From contig DF237199.1 in NCBI GenBank assembly GCA_000708835.1, positions 58,207 through 122,206 of the forward strand: a DNA stretch of 64,000 nucleotides. Direction: 5' to 3'. Every line of letters begins with the position of its first letter. The stretch's first letter is position 1. Below the pieces are notes generated by a model. The model was not told the origin of the DNA. It made no database searches and saw only the letters and a list, made by a program, of their open reading frames with translations. Source of the stretch: Klebsormidium nitens (taxonomy: Eukaryota > Plantae > Klebsormidiophyceae). Positions 23,415 through 37,452 of the stretch are shown piece after piece. Position numbers and translations under genes: made by a program.

Positions 23415-24686
23415 ACTTTTCTAGTGACGGCTTAGTTTTTCTTGGCAAGCCTGCAGAGGACATTCATATGCGCACGCTTGAGTTGTGCATGCACCTTGTG
23501 TACATAAAAGTTCGGACTATCATGGGGCATTCTAGCGCCCCTGTTACCAGCTCTCTTTGGTAACTATCAAAGTCCTGACAAAGTATTTCCGACTTAGTCA
23601 AAATCTACATATGCAAATTGTGTTTTGAAGAACGTTGACACTCAACGTCGAGTCCGACTCGACAATCTTGTGATGTCAGAGCTGTTGGCTTGAAAGCTTA
23701 CTGGTAATTCGCAAACCGTTTTCTTCTGCGCCGACGCGGCAGCGGCGTTCATAGAGTCCAAGGCGGATCCGACGGACATGACGGTTTTTGGTTGAAGTCA
23801 GCGGCTTTTTTTCTCATAAACATTACATTTGTGAGTGGACATCATTTCACCTATTGATCGCCTTGACTATGTTGTCACCACTGTTAAGTTTACAATCTTA
23901 CGACATGTAGACCGCGGGGGGCATTAGCTCGACGGCCCCGTAATGTCATATACTTACGTACTTCATATGAATTGTGCCATGACAACGAGTTCGAAGATCG
24001 CTTTTCGCGAGCTAGGCCGCTCAAACTCTCATGGACCGTTTGATTGCGCCGCTAATTAAGTCACACCGGCCTACGCCAAACGCGGTATCTACGTATACAC
24101 GCGCATCGAAGCGATCGCGACAGTGGCGCTCGCGTTCATATGCATCGCATGTGGAATGTCACCCAATTGCGGCAACTTGTATTTGTATGCAGCCGCCTAT
24201 AGTGCAAGCTGCTTCAATGCACAATGGGCGGCCCATGTATGATCCAGACCGACATTCTTTCTGCAGCTCTCTTAGTATTTGGATGATGCAAACGTCTGCT
24301 GAGGGCTTCTCGGACCCCATGTCCGTCGCGTGACCATATAGCTCTGCATACTTGAAGATCGACGGTTCAAAAGTCAGCGCACATGAAGGCCGGCCATATC
24401 TAGCTCTTGCGTGTTAACCATCTGTGCAACGGCATGCAGCTAATTGAAGCCTGGCAAGGCATGTCGCCCAGACGTTGCCAGCCAAGCGGTGGTAACACAC
24501 AAGAAAATATGCGCCTGCTGTGTGTATGTATCGGTGATTTTTTGTCCCGTTTGGCCAGTGTTTGTGCAAAGCACTGGAGATGCTCAAGAAGCAATCCTTT
24601 TACTAAGAGTCGCTTTAATCTAGACATTATAATGCAGGAAATGTTGCAATTTGAGCACCAAAATATTTCCCCAATGAAAAGAGGCT

Positions 24687-27600
24687 TTAAGTTCGTCTCG
24701 AACAAGCCCTGAAGAGTATACTTCGGGGCAACTTCGCTCCTCTTGAGCTCAGTCGGTCAAGCACTTCCTCTACTTGCACTTGCTCTCCCGTCACCTTCAG
24801 ATCAACGTAGGACTCTGCGCCTTTACTGATTCCATTCATCAACGGCGGAACGCACAGACTATCTGATTTCACAGCGTCGTGAAGTAGAAATTTGACTCGT
24901 TTAGCCACCGGCTGTGCAGCGTCGAGGATAGTTACACCTTCGGGAAGGACTTCTGCCAGGACGTCCTGCAGTTGCGAAAACGACCCCGTTTCAAGGATGA
25001 GAAATTGTCAGGGTGTGCTTTGCCAAACTAATGTGAGAGGAGAAGCTGTAGAGAGTAAAATTAGTGGAACCAGGGTCGAGCGGGAAGGGTGCCCAGTCTT
25101 AATGTGATATGCTTCGAAGTTGCTAATCCTGCGACTCAAATATTGTGGTAGGATGAGCCGACACGAGTTTTCGGCTAGCAAGGCTGATAGAGAGACCTCG
25201 AAGTCGAAGCTGGCGTGCTTACTCGCAGAAAAGCGTAGTGCGTGCACCCTAGGACTACCATATCTGCTCCTTCCGAGATCGGCCCGGCCAGTTGGGACCA
25301 CAGCATGCTCGTCACAACTGGCCCGCTAATCTGCACGGAAGCGCGATCCAGAAAAATCATGAGTAAAGTCCAATACGGCAAGCAGGGCAAGGCTTGTCTC
25401 GTTTAGATGAGCCTGCTTAATTTGCCTCAAAAGGTCCTACAAACCCCGAAAGGTTTATCCTTAAGATGGCACGCTCCACCAGTACCGTCCATGATCCTTG
25501 CAGACGATGGACCCGCAGATTGAATTGTTTTCCAAGTTTGGAGGATCTGAAGAGTTCCACAGTTGGAGAGGAACAGGAGAAATCGAAGCTGAGTTGATCA
25601 GAATCACCGCCTTTGCACAAACTTTCGACCACCGTGTCAACTTCTGTGAAGAAAAGAAATCTTTCAGCAGATTTCACTGCTTTCGATATATCAAGCCTTA
25701 AGCGCACCCTGAAGGAATTCTGCACCAACGTCCACCCTTTATCAGGGTGCTTCTTGCAATTGGACTCTGCCTGTATCACGGGCCTACCTGTCCTGCCTCC
25801 ACCATATCCGCCAGCCCTGGCATGGGCAGCACGGACACTCGGGCACTGTGCGCATGATTCCTGACCAACGCTGCCAGGCGGGGCCCCTCTGCCGTGTGCT
25901 GCGTCGCCAACACGACAATATGCTGCACATCGAGCACAGATGTCAGCAGAATCATTGGAAACCTGAGATCATGCCTGCTAACTAGTCGGTCTGTTTAGCG
26001 ACTGTTTGAGCCTGAGGCCCCTCAAGGTTCGTCTCAGCTGAGAGGGTATCCACTGTCAAAAAGAAGTCAACCTTGGAAGTTTGTGAAGAATCTTCAGGAA
26101 TGGTCAGCGTCTTGGCAGAAATTTCATGCGTCGACAGGAAACAATCTGTCCACCTTGAGTACGGTAGATTCCCATGATTAAGCCCCTCGTTGACTTTTGT
26201 TGGATAGGATCGTCTAGAAGATTCAGATAAAAAGTCTCAAACTAAACACATTTGATTGATATATCCTTTCCATACATGAATGAATTGTCACTTGTATGAC
26301 GCAATGGCATTGTCTGATCCAGCCCCCAACTCGGATTTGTACGGTCAATGTGCTCCTTTGACGCGCACCTTTGACTGGCTCATCTGGACCGCAGGCTTCA
26401 CAGCAGGTTCTACCCCAACACATGGTACCTGCACACTGCCCAGCGCATCTTCCTCAGCTGGTGAACACTGCCCTCACAGAGACAGTGATTCACAACAGCA
26501 GCACAAAGAAAGACTTGGCTAACTGGCCCTTCTGTCATGAAGGTCAGCTTATTAAGTTCTGTTTCATCTACAGCACAACCTGACTGGTTCAGACATGCAA
26601 GTTCCCTCCTTACGAGAAGAACAACTTCCACCAATATCCCCCAGTTGACCGCCACGAAACAGAGGAAAGTGCACTTCTCCGCATGCACAGGGCTTACCTC
26701 GCACGGACACACTCAAGGGCTGCTGATGACGCAGTGTTGCATGCCACAACCACCAGCTGGCATCCATCTGAAACTGCAGCCAGCGCGGATCATGGAGGTT
26801 ACGTCAAATGAAATGCACTTTTAACTCAGGCGGCTCTCAGCAATTTTCTGTATCCGTTTTAAACCTGTAGCTAGTTGTCTCAATGCGCTTCAGGCCTTCG
26901 AAAGGTCTTACATTAAGTGTAAGCAGGTAAACAGGGCAATCAACCGTCAATGTCAATCAAGCATTGCTCTCTGCTGTTGGTCTAATCTTGCTAGTTTCTT
27001 ATTTTCAGTCAGAACGAAATCATCGTTCGATTCCCTGGAAACTTGAATGTTGGCTCAACTGCCTGTGATGGAGCACTGCCTACTTACCGAGCGAGTGGCT
27101 CAAGTACAAAGCTCGTTGAACCAGAATCTCTTGGCTTTGCCCTCCGTAAGGGAAATACGCTGTGTCTGCGATGTAGTGGATCTTGACACCTGGCTGCAAG
27201 AAGCAGCATTAGGGTTAGGGTTCCGTTTTGCAATCAACTTTTTGGAGCAGGTTTTCACTCCATGACTGCCTGGAATCGTGGCATTGCTCTATTACCACCT
27301 TTGGTAATGAAATTCTGACGAAGGACTAAGACTTCTAGCTACTTCAAGAAGAGGGATCTGAGGGATCTGAGCTGAAGCACTTACCAGAACATCTTGCACC
27401 GCAGCTGCTACGCTTAGACCGCCAATCCCTGAATCCCAGATTCCGATCTTCATGCTCTGGAAATTGCCATGCGAGGTAATATTTGTGGATAAGCTGCAAC
27501 ACACTTTCTGAGAAAGCGTGTCTCTATTCCAGTATCCGGGACAGAGGTTAATTGATCTCTTCCGGTCCAGAGATCTTGCACCGTGGAAGCTGGGGAAATG

Positions 27601-28079
27601 TAATTTTACATTCCTCCAGAACAGAGGGCTCATCGACCCTTGGAGTACTAGGATACAGGGATCCGCCTGCAATCTTAGCGCGTGCTTCTGTGGTATCAGA
27701 CATGGCGGCATCGCGTCTCAGGATGGTGTTTCTCCGATATCCTCTCAATGATCAGATTGCCGCCACAATGCTGAGACCTCTGCAGGGCTGGCAATAGAAG
27801 ATTGACAAGATATGAGGTGGCGACCAGCATATGACAACGCCGGCAAGCTCCTGACCCGCTCGCTTGCTCTGACTGCAGTGTCACAATAGGCTCTTTGAAC
27901 CGTCAGCTGACGCATTGTGGCCATGACAACCTGCGATGGCTGGCTGAACCCAGGTCAGAGCAACGAGCCCGCATCTGCCTGCAACTTCTAGGAGGGGTCT
28001 TCTCTTCACTGTTGATCAGACGCCAGAGCTGATCGTCTGAAAAAATGCCGCTCACTTCCATCATGTCATTGTCAAACAT
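24687..28079 (-). CDS. murI: Glutamate racemase (MurI), spliced, with an N-terminal extension
   Basis: Core exons 27456-27385 (MKIGIWDSGIGGLSV), 27193-27088 (YIADTAYFPYG), 26773-26698 (VVVACNTAS), 26435-26369 (VGVEPAVKPA), 25922-25788 (IVVLATQHT), 25330-25223 (VVLGCTHY) and 24965-24687 (ILDAAQPVAKRV); all junctions in phase. Tentative upstream exons 28079-27931 and 27589-27505. Confidence 0.93.
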
Positions 28080-28604
28080 GTGGTGACTTGAAGTGATGTC
28101 TTCGCAAGCTAGGATCAGTTTGGATTTCAATTCCCGCGTCAATCTCCTCAGAGTGATTTTAATGGTGTGGCGTTCCGTACACCGGTGATCGAACCTTCCT
28201 GGGTGCCAAACAAGGTCAAAAATTCTGACGGTCGAAAATACGTCGCTTGTTCTGACGAAAACATTGGAATTCTACACAGAGGACGGGGTCAAATTACAAA
28301 CTGGTTGAAGTCACTTTCTTCCTCGTACAGAAGTCAGAGAGGACGTCAAAGGTGCGTCAAAGGCGCTGCTGTCACTGCTGGTGTTGGCGGTGCTGCATTT
28401 ACAGGTTGAGCAATGAAAGGGTGTGGCATCTGGTCGCGTGCTGCAGCTCGTAACTGGTAGTCTTACCTTGAGAGTCCCATGGCATCATGAAAAGGCGCGG
28501 GGGCGGAATTGTACGCACAATGCGAGCACGACAAGATATTTGATCTAGACTGCCAAGAATACATTGGGGCATCACTCAGTACTTTTACACGGTTGCTGTT
28601 AGGC

Positions 28605-31600
28605 ATGGAGGTCAGTCAGGGCACCCGTGATCAGCACGAAGGGGAGAGCCGGTTCATTCACCTGTTGCAGCCCATCCGGGACCTGGCCGGCAACTGGAAC
28701 ATAGACATTGCGGCTGAGCTTTCGGACTACTTGGAGGAGTTGGAGTCAATTACCTTCTCCTTCGATGGAGGCCACAGTACCCTGAACTTTGCAGAGGGTA
28801 AGCAGGCTGGCTGGTAGCCAGTGTCGTGACTGATCTTCGGTTTAACCCTACTTACATGGACAGAGGATGTTGCCTCAAATTGATTGTGTGCTGCACTCCA
28901 ATGCTTTGTTGAGTGAGGACCAATGTGCATACAATTTTGAAGGTTCCTGCCATGTTTTACCCTTGGTAGACTAGCTGTAGTTGGTGCTGGTGCCGGTTCT
29001 CTGATCCCATTGCTTCGGTTGTAAAAAGTTAGAACTACAATTGCCAGGCTTCAGGAAAGCCCCCCCATCATCTGACAGACTTCAATTGCATCTTCAGCGG
29101 CCCTGGTAATCCAAGGCTCAGCATGCATCTACAGCAAGAAGGTGGAGTCCCTCTATGGTCTGGTCTACCAAGCCCTGGACGTCATTGCAAAGAAGAAGTG
29201 AGTTGCCCAACTCATGGAAATGCAAGATTACAAAGGTGGCATACTTGACGGTTGCCCCCTGTTTTGCTGGTATGTGATTGGCTGCTTCAGGAAGAACTAA
29301 TTTGACTAAGGCTTACCCCATCCTCGCTTGCTGAGCCCCTAGCATTTCTGTGCACACTGCATTGCTTGAGTGGCTTCTAATTGAGTTAGGTTTGAAGTAA
29401 CTAGGAGGATATCGAGTTATCAAGGGATAACTGATCATGCAAATACTCGAGTACTTTTGAAGTGGTTTACCGCCTGTGCAGGCGAGCAGAGGAAGCGGGG
29501 GCTGACTTGGAAGCCAGCGGAAATGCGATCCAGGATGAAGAGGAGGAAGAGGAGGCGCGCTTCTTGCTGCTGGATGACATCCCAGGTACAGTCTTATGTT
29601 TCATCATCAACAGAAGCCTTCTGACCTACCTATACTTCCTTCAGAAACGCCTGCAGCATTTCAATTCTTGCATGCTACGCTCATTTGCAAACTTGGTCAA
29701 AGTGGCGGGGTCGACGGAGCGGTCACTCCTTACCTTCAACATCTCTTGGGTCGGACATGCCCTTGCTGATTTGCTGAGAAGCATGTTTCTATGCAGAGGG
29801 CACGGGCATTGACCTGGATGAGGTGGCGGATGAGGAGAACCCAATTTTCACCGCAGCGACAAGGGGGCCTCCCGCAGCATTGCTGGCTATGGAGGATGAG
29901 CGAATGGGGCCAGGGGGGCCAGGCAACATGGGGGGCGAAGCGGCCGCATACAAGGTGACTTAGGTTCTATTTTGATCTGTCTGATCAGCTGGTTGTCGAG
30001 AGCTTATCAATGAGCATGCGCTGTGGAGAAATTTTGTTGCTCGTGGTGGTCATGAATGAACAATGGTGGGTTAAGAGGATTACTTCTTGCCTTTCTTCTC
30101 TTCATTGGGAATGAGGGTGCTCTGCACTTTATGCGAAAGGAGACTGGACATCCCACTGGCCATCGAAGAATCAGCCTGCCACAACGTTCCCAACCTTCAC
30201 CAGAGCCCAGGTCTAGGAATTCCCGATTGACCTTTCAGTCGCAAGTGATCACACCTTCATTCTTACACCGGAAAAACTTCTCAAGGCCGGGGTGGCTCAT
30301 GGTCTCCCTTGAAGAACCTTCAGGGAGAAGCCTTTCTGGATTGGAGTGTCAAGTGTCAACGCCTTGCTTTGATAGATTCTTCCATATCTAGTCAAACGTC
30401 GCTTTTCTCTCTGAGATAAACTTGTACTTGAAATGACGCCCACCCCGGTCAATCCTGTTTGACGATTGCAGATCAACAGCTGTACCGTGCACTCTTCGGG
30501 GGCTCTGCTGCTCGACCCCCGGGATGGTGACTTGCTGGATGACCAGCTGATGCCTATCAGTTTCCGAGCGTCACCACCAAGCTTGCATCCAGAGGGTTGG
30601 AGTCCTGCCAAAACGGCACCCCAGAATGGCGGCGTGGATGAGGGTGGGTCAGGTTGAGATTCAAACAACTGTGACAAACTGTTGCAACCAAAGGGTCTTC
30701 ACAGATGTATTCTCACAGGTGGCAACCCGTGAACGAGAAACAATAGCTAGGCGGGCATGTTGAATGGTTTGCTTTGAAAAGCTCCCAGACCCAAGAGTTT
30801 TGCAGAGGAAGGATTATCGTTTCTCTAAATCACCACAAGGAGACCCGGTTTGCATCTTTAGACTGTACAAAGCTGACCAGAGAACGCGAATTTTTGTCCC
30901 CCGCTGCAGGCCCCCGCCTTCAAAGAGAACTCCCCCTTGTCAATATCAACTGCTCCAGACTCTCTTGACTTTCCTCTCATTGCAGCCACTGATCACATGG
31001 ATGACGATGACAACGACTTTGGGGGCGGCGGCGACAACTGGGACGGTCCAACAGGGGATCCCCCAGGACAGGAGGAGGCGGCCCTAGGCGTTGCGGACCC
31101 AGCCCCAGGCCAAGCTGGTGCTGTTGACCCTGGTATGCAGACCAGGGGGGCCATGCAGCACGGAGCACCTGTTCAAGCTGAGCAGCAGGAAGAAGAGATC
31201 AACCCGTGGAAGCAGCTAGACCCCCATGATCCAGGGACGGCGGTCGTCCGGCCGTACAAGAGAGGTGGGTGGTTTGCGATCCACTTAGAAGGTTCCACAA
31301 GGCAAGCGAAGTCGGCTCATATTTGACTGCTTTGAAGGCTTGGTGCGGAATGGTCGTTCACCTTGAAAGGGCTGCTTTTGTGTGGTTCTGGTAAATGAGT
31401 TGGTAGGTTTTAAGCAAAGGCAGTCTTTTTCACAAATTCCCCGAACCGATCCCGTCAGGGTGTCCATGATGTTGATGACCTGATTAAGCCCGTTCCAGAA
31501 TCAATCTAAGTCGGAAAGTGCACGAACTGCTGGTCACAACGTCTCAGGTTTAAGGCTCTTTCTCACCGAAGACTCTCTCTGCCAGGCCGCCCGGTCCGCC

Positions 31601-34600
31601 GTCCCCAAGCCAAGCGCTCTGCCGCAGTGCCCGCCAAGGCGCCCTACGCTCTCGCTCCTGCCAGGGGCGTTTTCTTCCCGGAGTTTGCCGCCGCATTCCA
31701 AGCTAGGCTGCGGGCTGAGAGGGTATCACGGAGAGAAGGGGCCGGAAACAGGGCAACTTACAGAGGCGACTTCGCAGCTTTCGGCGAAGTGGCGGGAGAA
31801 CAGGAGAATGTGTTGGGCAGTGGCGATGATTGGCATGCCGCAGGGGGGGGGGATGACGACGACTTCCCGGATGGGGGGGACGACTACGAGCCAGTGGATG
31901 CCATTGAGGTGAGATGGGCGATCACTGCCATCTTAATTTTATTGACAGCCCAAGTGGCACCCTTCCAGGCATGTTCAGGTACTCTCAATCGAGGCATACC
32001 TTGGCTGTTAACGTAAACCATCCTGGAAACCAGATTGTGAAAGTAGAGGGTGCATTCAACATCCGTCGATCTTAAGGAGAAGCAGCATAACGGGCTTCAG
32101 ATTATTGAAGGTCGTCCTTGATTAGCTATGGTGTGTGCTCTTGAAAGTGTACTTGTACACCTTCTCCTGTGCACCTGCGACCAGCTAAGACCAGATGCGT
32201 CCTTCCTGCCGGATGCAAGGTGCTTAGTTTCTAGCCTTCGATGTCTCATGACTCTCAAAGCCCTCCAGAAAGGGACCGCGGAAATTGATATCTCCATTGC
32301 GTTCTTATTGGCAACCGAGTCTGAAGCTCAGTGTCAGTCGAAGCTGATGTCCTTTCCATTCTTGGCAGATGGGCGACGGAGGAGATCGCCCCTTCTACTT
32401 TGGCGCGGACAGCGGTGCAGTAGGCCCACCGGGAGAAGCCGAGAAGACGTACGAGGACCTGGTCAGAGAGCACATCGTGAGTAGCACCGCTCTCATTTTC
32501 CCTGCTCTTTTTTGCGTCCGACTCGACCATGTAGGGAGCGAAAATCCACGCGTACTTGAGTAGTGCATCTCTAAAATTCTCAGCCCTCACCCATGGACCA
32601 GGGACCGAAGTCTATGGACCGCTCTGAATGATTCGAGCCTTGCGGCGGTGCAGGACGCGATGCTGAAGGCCGCCGCAGCGGCGGAGGTGCAAACCGACCT
32701 GGCCGCCCGGGTGGCCACGTGGAAGCACAAGATCGAGCCGGTGCTCCAGGAACAGGTGGGCACCCGCGCTCGACAAGACTCGCTGGCCCTAGATGACGTT
32801 TTCAGAGGCTGCGAAAAGTTTGCTCTTTCTTGGCGCTCGTGTGCACTCCCGTTGCCCCTTTTAAGCATGGAGAATTGCACCGCGATAATAATCAGAGCGC
32901 CTACTTGGGCGTGCAGGCAACGCAGACATTAAGATCCTTGGCGAATCTTTTTTCTTTATTGGATCAGAATTCCTGGTCAGTGTCTTGGGCCAATCCCAAG
33001 GGCTCTCGAAATGCTCGAGTGTCCACACTTGAGAAGCTTCACCTATTATTGCAGCTCTTTCGCTCGTTGTGCCGCCTCGAAATGCAAGCGCTCCGCGCTT
33101 CCGCAGGATGCTCGCCCGGAGTTCGACATCCACCTGTACGGCGCGCGAGTGCTGGACGCGGCCACGGCGACGGCTGGGCCCCCGTCCGAGGACGAGCGCG
33201 CGCTGACGTCAGCGGAAGTGGTGGTCCCGTTTACCGAGGTAGTGAAGGGGCAACCGAAGCACGAGATCTCGCGCCTCTTCGCGGCCATGCTGCAGCTGGT
33301 GGGTGCAGAAGCGCGTCATTGCCAAATTGTTTGCCGCTTTTTCGTTGTTTGGGGACTCCTTGAAATGTTTCTGGTTCAGCTCGTTACAAGGACAAATGGT
33401 ACTGCTGAGAATAGCTTCCGGCGCATCTTTCTGCGATGCTCCCAGAATGCAGCTCCGTCAGACGGATCAGGAGGAAGGGCGGTTGGATCCGAGTGTCGCT
33501 TGAAGCCGCTTTCCTGGTCTGGAGAGTATGCCAGGACAATGAAGCGGAGTGTCTGGCTGCTATAGTTTCAATTGGTTGTCCCGCAGATCAACAACGGCAA
33601 CCTTTCAGTGCCCGACGAGGGTGCCTTCGCGGTGTTCGACTCGGCGCACCCGTTCCGGCTCAAAGTCCTGAGCCTCCACAAACCGCACGAGGACATGCTC
33701 AACTACCGAGCGCCTTCCATGCTGCCCGGGGAAGCGTCCCCGGGGCTTGAACTGGCCCACAACAGCCCGGCGAAAGCGGCCGGGGGAAAGAAGAAGGGAG
33801 CAGCCGGAAGGAAACGGGCGGAGAAGGCAACGGCAAGCAGAGCGCTGGTCGAAGAGCCCGCGGCAAGTCTGGGACAAGTAGAGGAGGCGCCGGGTTTGGC
33901 CGCAACCGAGGAAGACCGGGCGGTTGTGTCAGAGTCCCGGGCGAGAACGGGTGGGGTTCAGAGGAAGGGCCGGCGAGTCAAGCCCATCCAGGAGGTTGGC
34001 ACGCAAGGGTCGAGCTTAGAAAACGGGGAGCCTGAGGCTAGGGGAACAGCTAACCCGGAGGTGACTCCAAGGGTCAAGGAGCCGGTTAGGCCTGCTGGGA
34101 CCCAAGGGTCTGGGCTAGCGACCCAGGTATCTGGGTTAGCGACTCAACCGTGGGAAGCTCCCACTCAGCAGAGCGATTTGGCCACCCAGGAATCCGGGTT
34201 AGCAACTCAACCGGAGATTGTTGCAAGTCAACGGGCAAGGGTTCTCAAGATTGTCAAGGGGTCAAGTGCGCATCCGTCCCGGGTCTCCTCCTCCCAAGTT
34301 TCGGGGCTGGCTTCTCCACAGCCCACCAGAACGGCTGGTGTGAAAAGGCTCCAGAGGTCGCCTCGTGCCCAGGTGTTACGTGCTAGGCCCAGCCAGGCGT
34401 CTGGCTTGACACAAGCCGGAGGCAGACAGGGGAACAACTTCTTGGTGTCAGTTGACGAGAGTAGCCAGTCATTAGCGGGGGGATTGGGTGTCACCCCCGA
34501 GAAGGGTGTGGCCAGGTTAGAAAGGATGTCAATAATGCCGTATGGTCTGTCGCCCTCAGCGGAGATCGAGAACGCAGCCAGCCAGGCTGCCAGTACGCCT

Positions 34601-34675
34601 GGAAAGGGGACGCCTGACGGCAAGAAGAGGAAGAAGTCGATAAGGCCACAGCGGCCGCCCTTCCGGCCTGTGTAA
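28605..34675 (+). CDS. NCAPH2: Condensin II kleisin subunit CAP-H2
   Basis: N-terminal [31 protein letters not shown] and [33 protein letters not shown]; C-terminal [16 protein letters not shown] and [17 protein letters not shown]. Eleven exons from 28605-28797 to 33587-34675. Confidence 0.95.
34100..34231 (+). repeat. 21-bp tandem repeat encoding TQ heptads in the CAP-H2 C-terminal tail
   Basis: [44 protein letters not shown]. Confidence 0.85.
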
Positions 34676-35445
34676 ATTCAAAAAGGCACCTTTTGAAAAA
34701 ACGAGGAACCAGGAACCACACTGTTGCATTCACAAGTTTGTAAAGCGTCACCCTCAAAATACCTTGTTAAAAGTCCAATTCAACAGATTGCTTCACTTCA
34801 TCGATTCAGAGGTGCTCCAAAACAGTGCGCTGCTGCTGCTTCATTGCAAACATTGTCGCTCTGCCCCTTCAAATGCCGAAATATGCATGTGCCTCTTTGC
34901 TCGTGTGCAGACTCTATGCATAGACTGGATCCAATCTGAACGATCAAGTTACTCACGGTCAGGTCGATCAGCCACGTACCAATGTGCACGGTTCTAGGTG
35001 CATGAGTGCAAGCAATCAACTCATGTGTAGGTGTTATAGTATGCACAGCTCTGGCAAGTTGATCAGATCGAACATGTATGCCAATGATTCGATCCAAGAT
35101 TCGCAGTCCTATACGTATGGACGTACGATCTGCAAGGCCACGGGCCACATGATTCATTCTGGCGGCCAAGCTCTGAGTTGTAACACGTTCAGCTCGTTTC
35201 GCACAGCGTCAGTGCATGTGCAACATCATTCGGCGTGGCTGCATTAGAAACCTGAGTTGGCCTTTCAAGTTTCATCAGTTGCCCATCAATAAAACATTTG
35301 AACTAATGTTCTGCTAGCTTTACTTAATTACATTAGGCAGTCCTGCAGGACCTTTCAATACAAGGCATACCCCTCATTGATGGGCCGCAAGCGCCTACCT
35401 ATCACTCGCCAGCCGAGCGGACGCAGAGCTAGACATACAGATACT

Positions 35446-36737
35446 TCAACGTGAATGGATCCCTTTGCCTGCATCATTGGCCTGATGTAAGAAGGTAGCG
35501 AAGTCGTCGCCGCTGCTTCCATTGCCTTCTAAACTTGAATCCATGGCTTCAATCATTTCTTGCAGGCGAGCAATGGGTACATTCTCCGCTGACTCTAGGA
35601 AAAACCGTCGCAAATCCTCAGCTTTCATCAAGCTCTGGGGACGCAACTGGACAGATGATACGAAGCGTGATGCCTGCGAGACGGACAAAAGCCTCGAGTA
35701 AACGAACTTACCACTTTCGTGGAATATTGCCCTTCATACAGATCCAGGCTGGAACAGGTGCTTCGCAACATAGCACCAGCGTCGTCCAACCGATCCGGCA
35801 GACCCAGTTGTCAACTGATGGGCGAGGTCAACCAGCAGAATCTGAACCCCATTGAGCGTCAAGTTGCTATCAGTAGCCCTCTATCAGAAGCCAGTACTTC
35901 AGATGTCGCACAACCCTTGCATCACATCTTGCTCTGACTCTCCTATCTGCTACAGGTACATGTTAGGATAAAACCGATTGAAGTACTGTGCAGATTCACC
36001 GCTTTCCTCAGGTTGGGGCACCCCTCACCAGCACATCAAGGGCGTGCTCAGGAAGTTCTGCAGTCTTCCGCCTGAGAGACTGTAGAAATGTGGGAAGAGC
36101 AAGTCTGCCTGGGGGAGCGCCAGCTGGAACCAGGTGAAGTCCCAGCAAGCGGGCCGCATGTGCCGCTTCCTCCAATGTCAGCTGCCCGTCTCGATCTGTG
36201 TCCAACATGTGGAACACCTGGAAAGGGTTGCAAATTACAGTTTTGCGCTGGAGCTCAAGAATAAGACCTGGAAGGCTAGTGGTGATTGGACCTCTGGGGA
36301 GGTGAAAGCAGCTGCCAGACAAGAAGAGCTGGGCAGCAGGTCAACTATGCAGAGTCTTGACTCCATTCGGGAAAGCCATGCATCCCCGTCTTTTGATATC
36401 CTTCACAAGTGAGGCATTGGTTATTCAAATGTGACATTTTGCAGCACTTCTGGGCTCCAAAACTCCTGCTTCGTGAACTCATCCGACAATAGAAAATTCT
36501 GCATTGAAGTTCAGGCCTTCGAATTAGGGTTTCATATTTCCCTTTCCTTGGTACTGAAGAAGCTGGGCTCCAGAAATCTCTGCTCCCTTTTTCGAAGACA
36601 TCATTAATATCCACAGGGGGTCCGAAAATGAAAAGGAAATAACTTTCAAGATCGGAAAACTTTCTCACCTGCGTAAGTTGGTCTTCATGCTCCCTGTCCA
36701 GGCTCAGTCGGGCGTCTATCGTGCTTGGAGAAACCAT
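35446..36737 (-). CDS. Calmodulin/centrin-like EF-hand protein (about 160 aa)
   Basis: Exons 36737-36669, 36217-36029 and 35673-35446, all phase 0. One canonical EF loop DTDRDGQLTLEE; the C-lobe is degenerate (AEDLRRFF...RLQEMIEAMD). The start may lie further upstream. Confidence 0.72.
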
Positions 36738-37452
36738 GGTGGATACATGCTCTATCCTCTATGATGAGGACCACCAGCTCACTGCCGCCCTTCAAGGAGA
36801 GCCCTCGTTTATTTCTTCTCACATTCAGGATCACCATCTGGAGTTGCACTGCCCTGCATTTGCCTGCGATGCCATGATGCTGCACATTGTTCGGCGACCA
36901 CACGCGCAGTAGCGCTTAGAGAAGGGTCGCTATGCCAGCTCAAACCGTTCGATGGTCCTATGACCAGCAGCACACCGTCCGATGCTCACCACGGAATTGG
37001 CGCCCAATCGTAACGGTCCATTCCGCTGCTCGAAGTTGAAGTTGCCCATGCAGAGCAAGGCAGACTGCACACTGCACTGTGCACAGTGCTCTTGAGTGAC
37101 GGCAGCCTGCACAGTGCAGTCGGGCCTGGGCGAGACCAGATTTTCCATTCTGCAGGAGGAAGCCGCCAGCGCGTGCTTTCAAGGAGGCTTGATCAGCTTT
37201 AGAAGAAGTCCTCTTACGATCTCAGCAGGACGTTGCGTCACGTGACAACCCACCGCCTAGCTCGCTAGCCAGGCCCCGTAGATCCTTGCTTGACATTACT
37301 CCCTTGCTTGCATCGATCCACTTCACCACTTCACGTAATGTAGAAAAGTGACGTGTGGCGCTCTTGCAAAATAAAGTAAACGCAAACGTCGTGATTGCAT
37401 CAGCTTTTCAACCAGACTGCATTTCTTGGATAAGGATAAGGCTAGTGACTTG

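Noticed and set aside
20116-23663. GC hairpins gtccgac-cga-gtcggac (20116) and gtcgagtc-c-gactcgac (23647) as Helitron 3' ends
   Set aside because: No CTRR terminus at the expected spacing and no matching 5' end.
27211-27225. Telomere-like agggttagggtt
   Set aside because: Only two units inside an intron; expected by chance.
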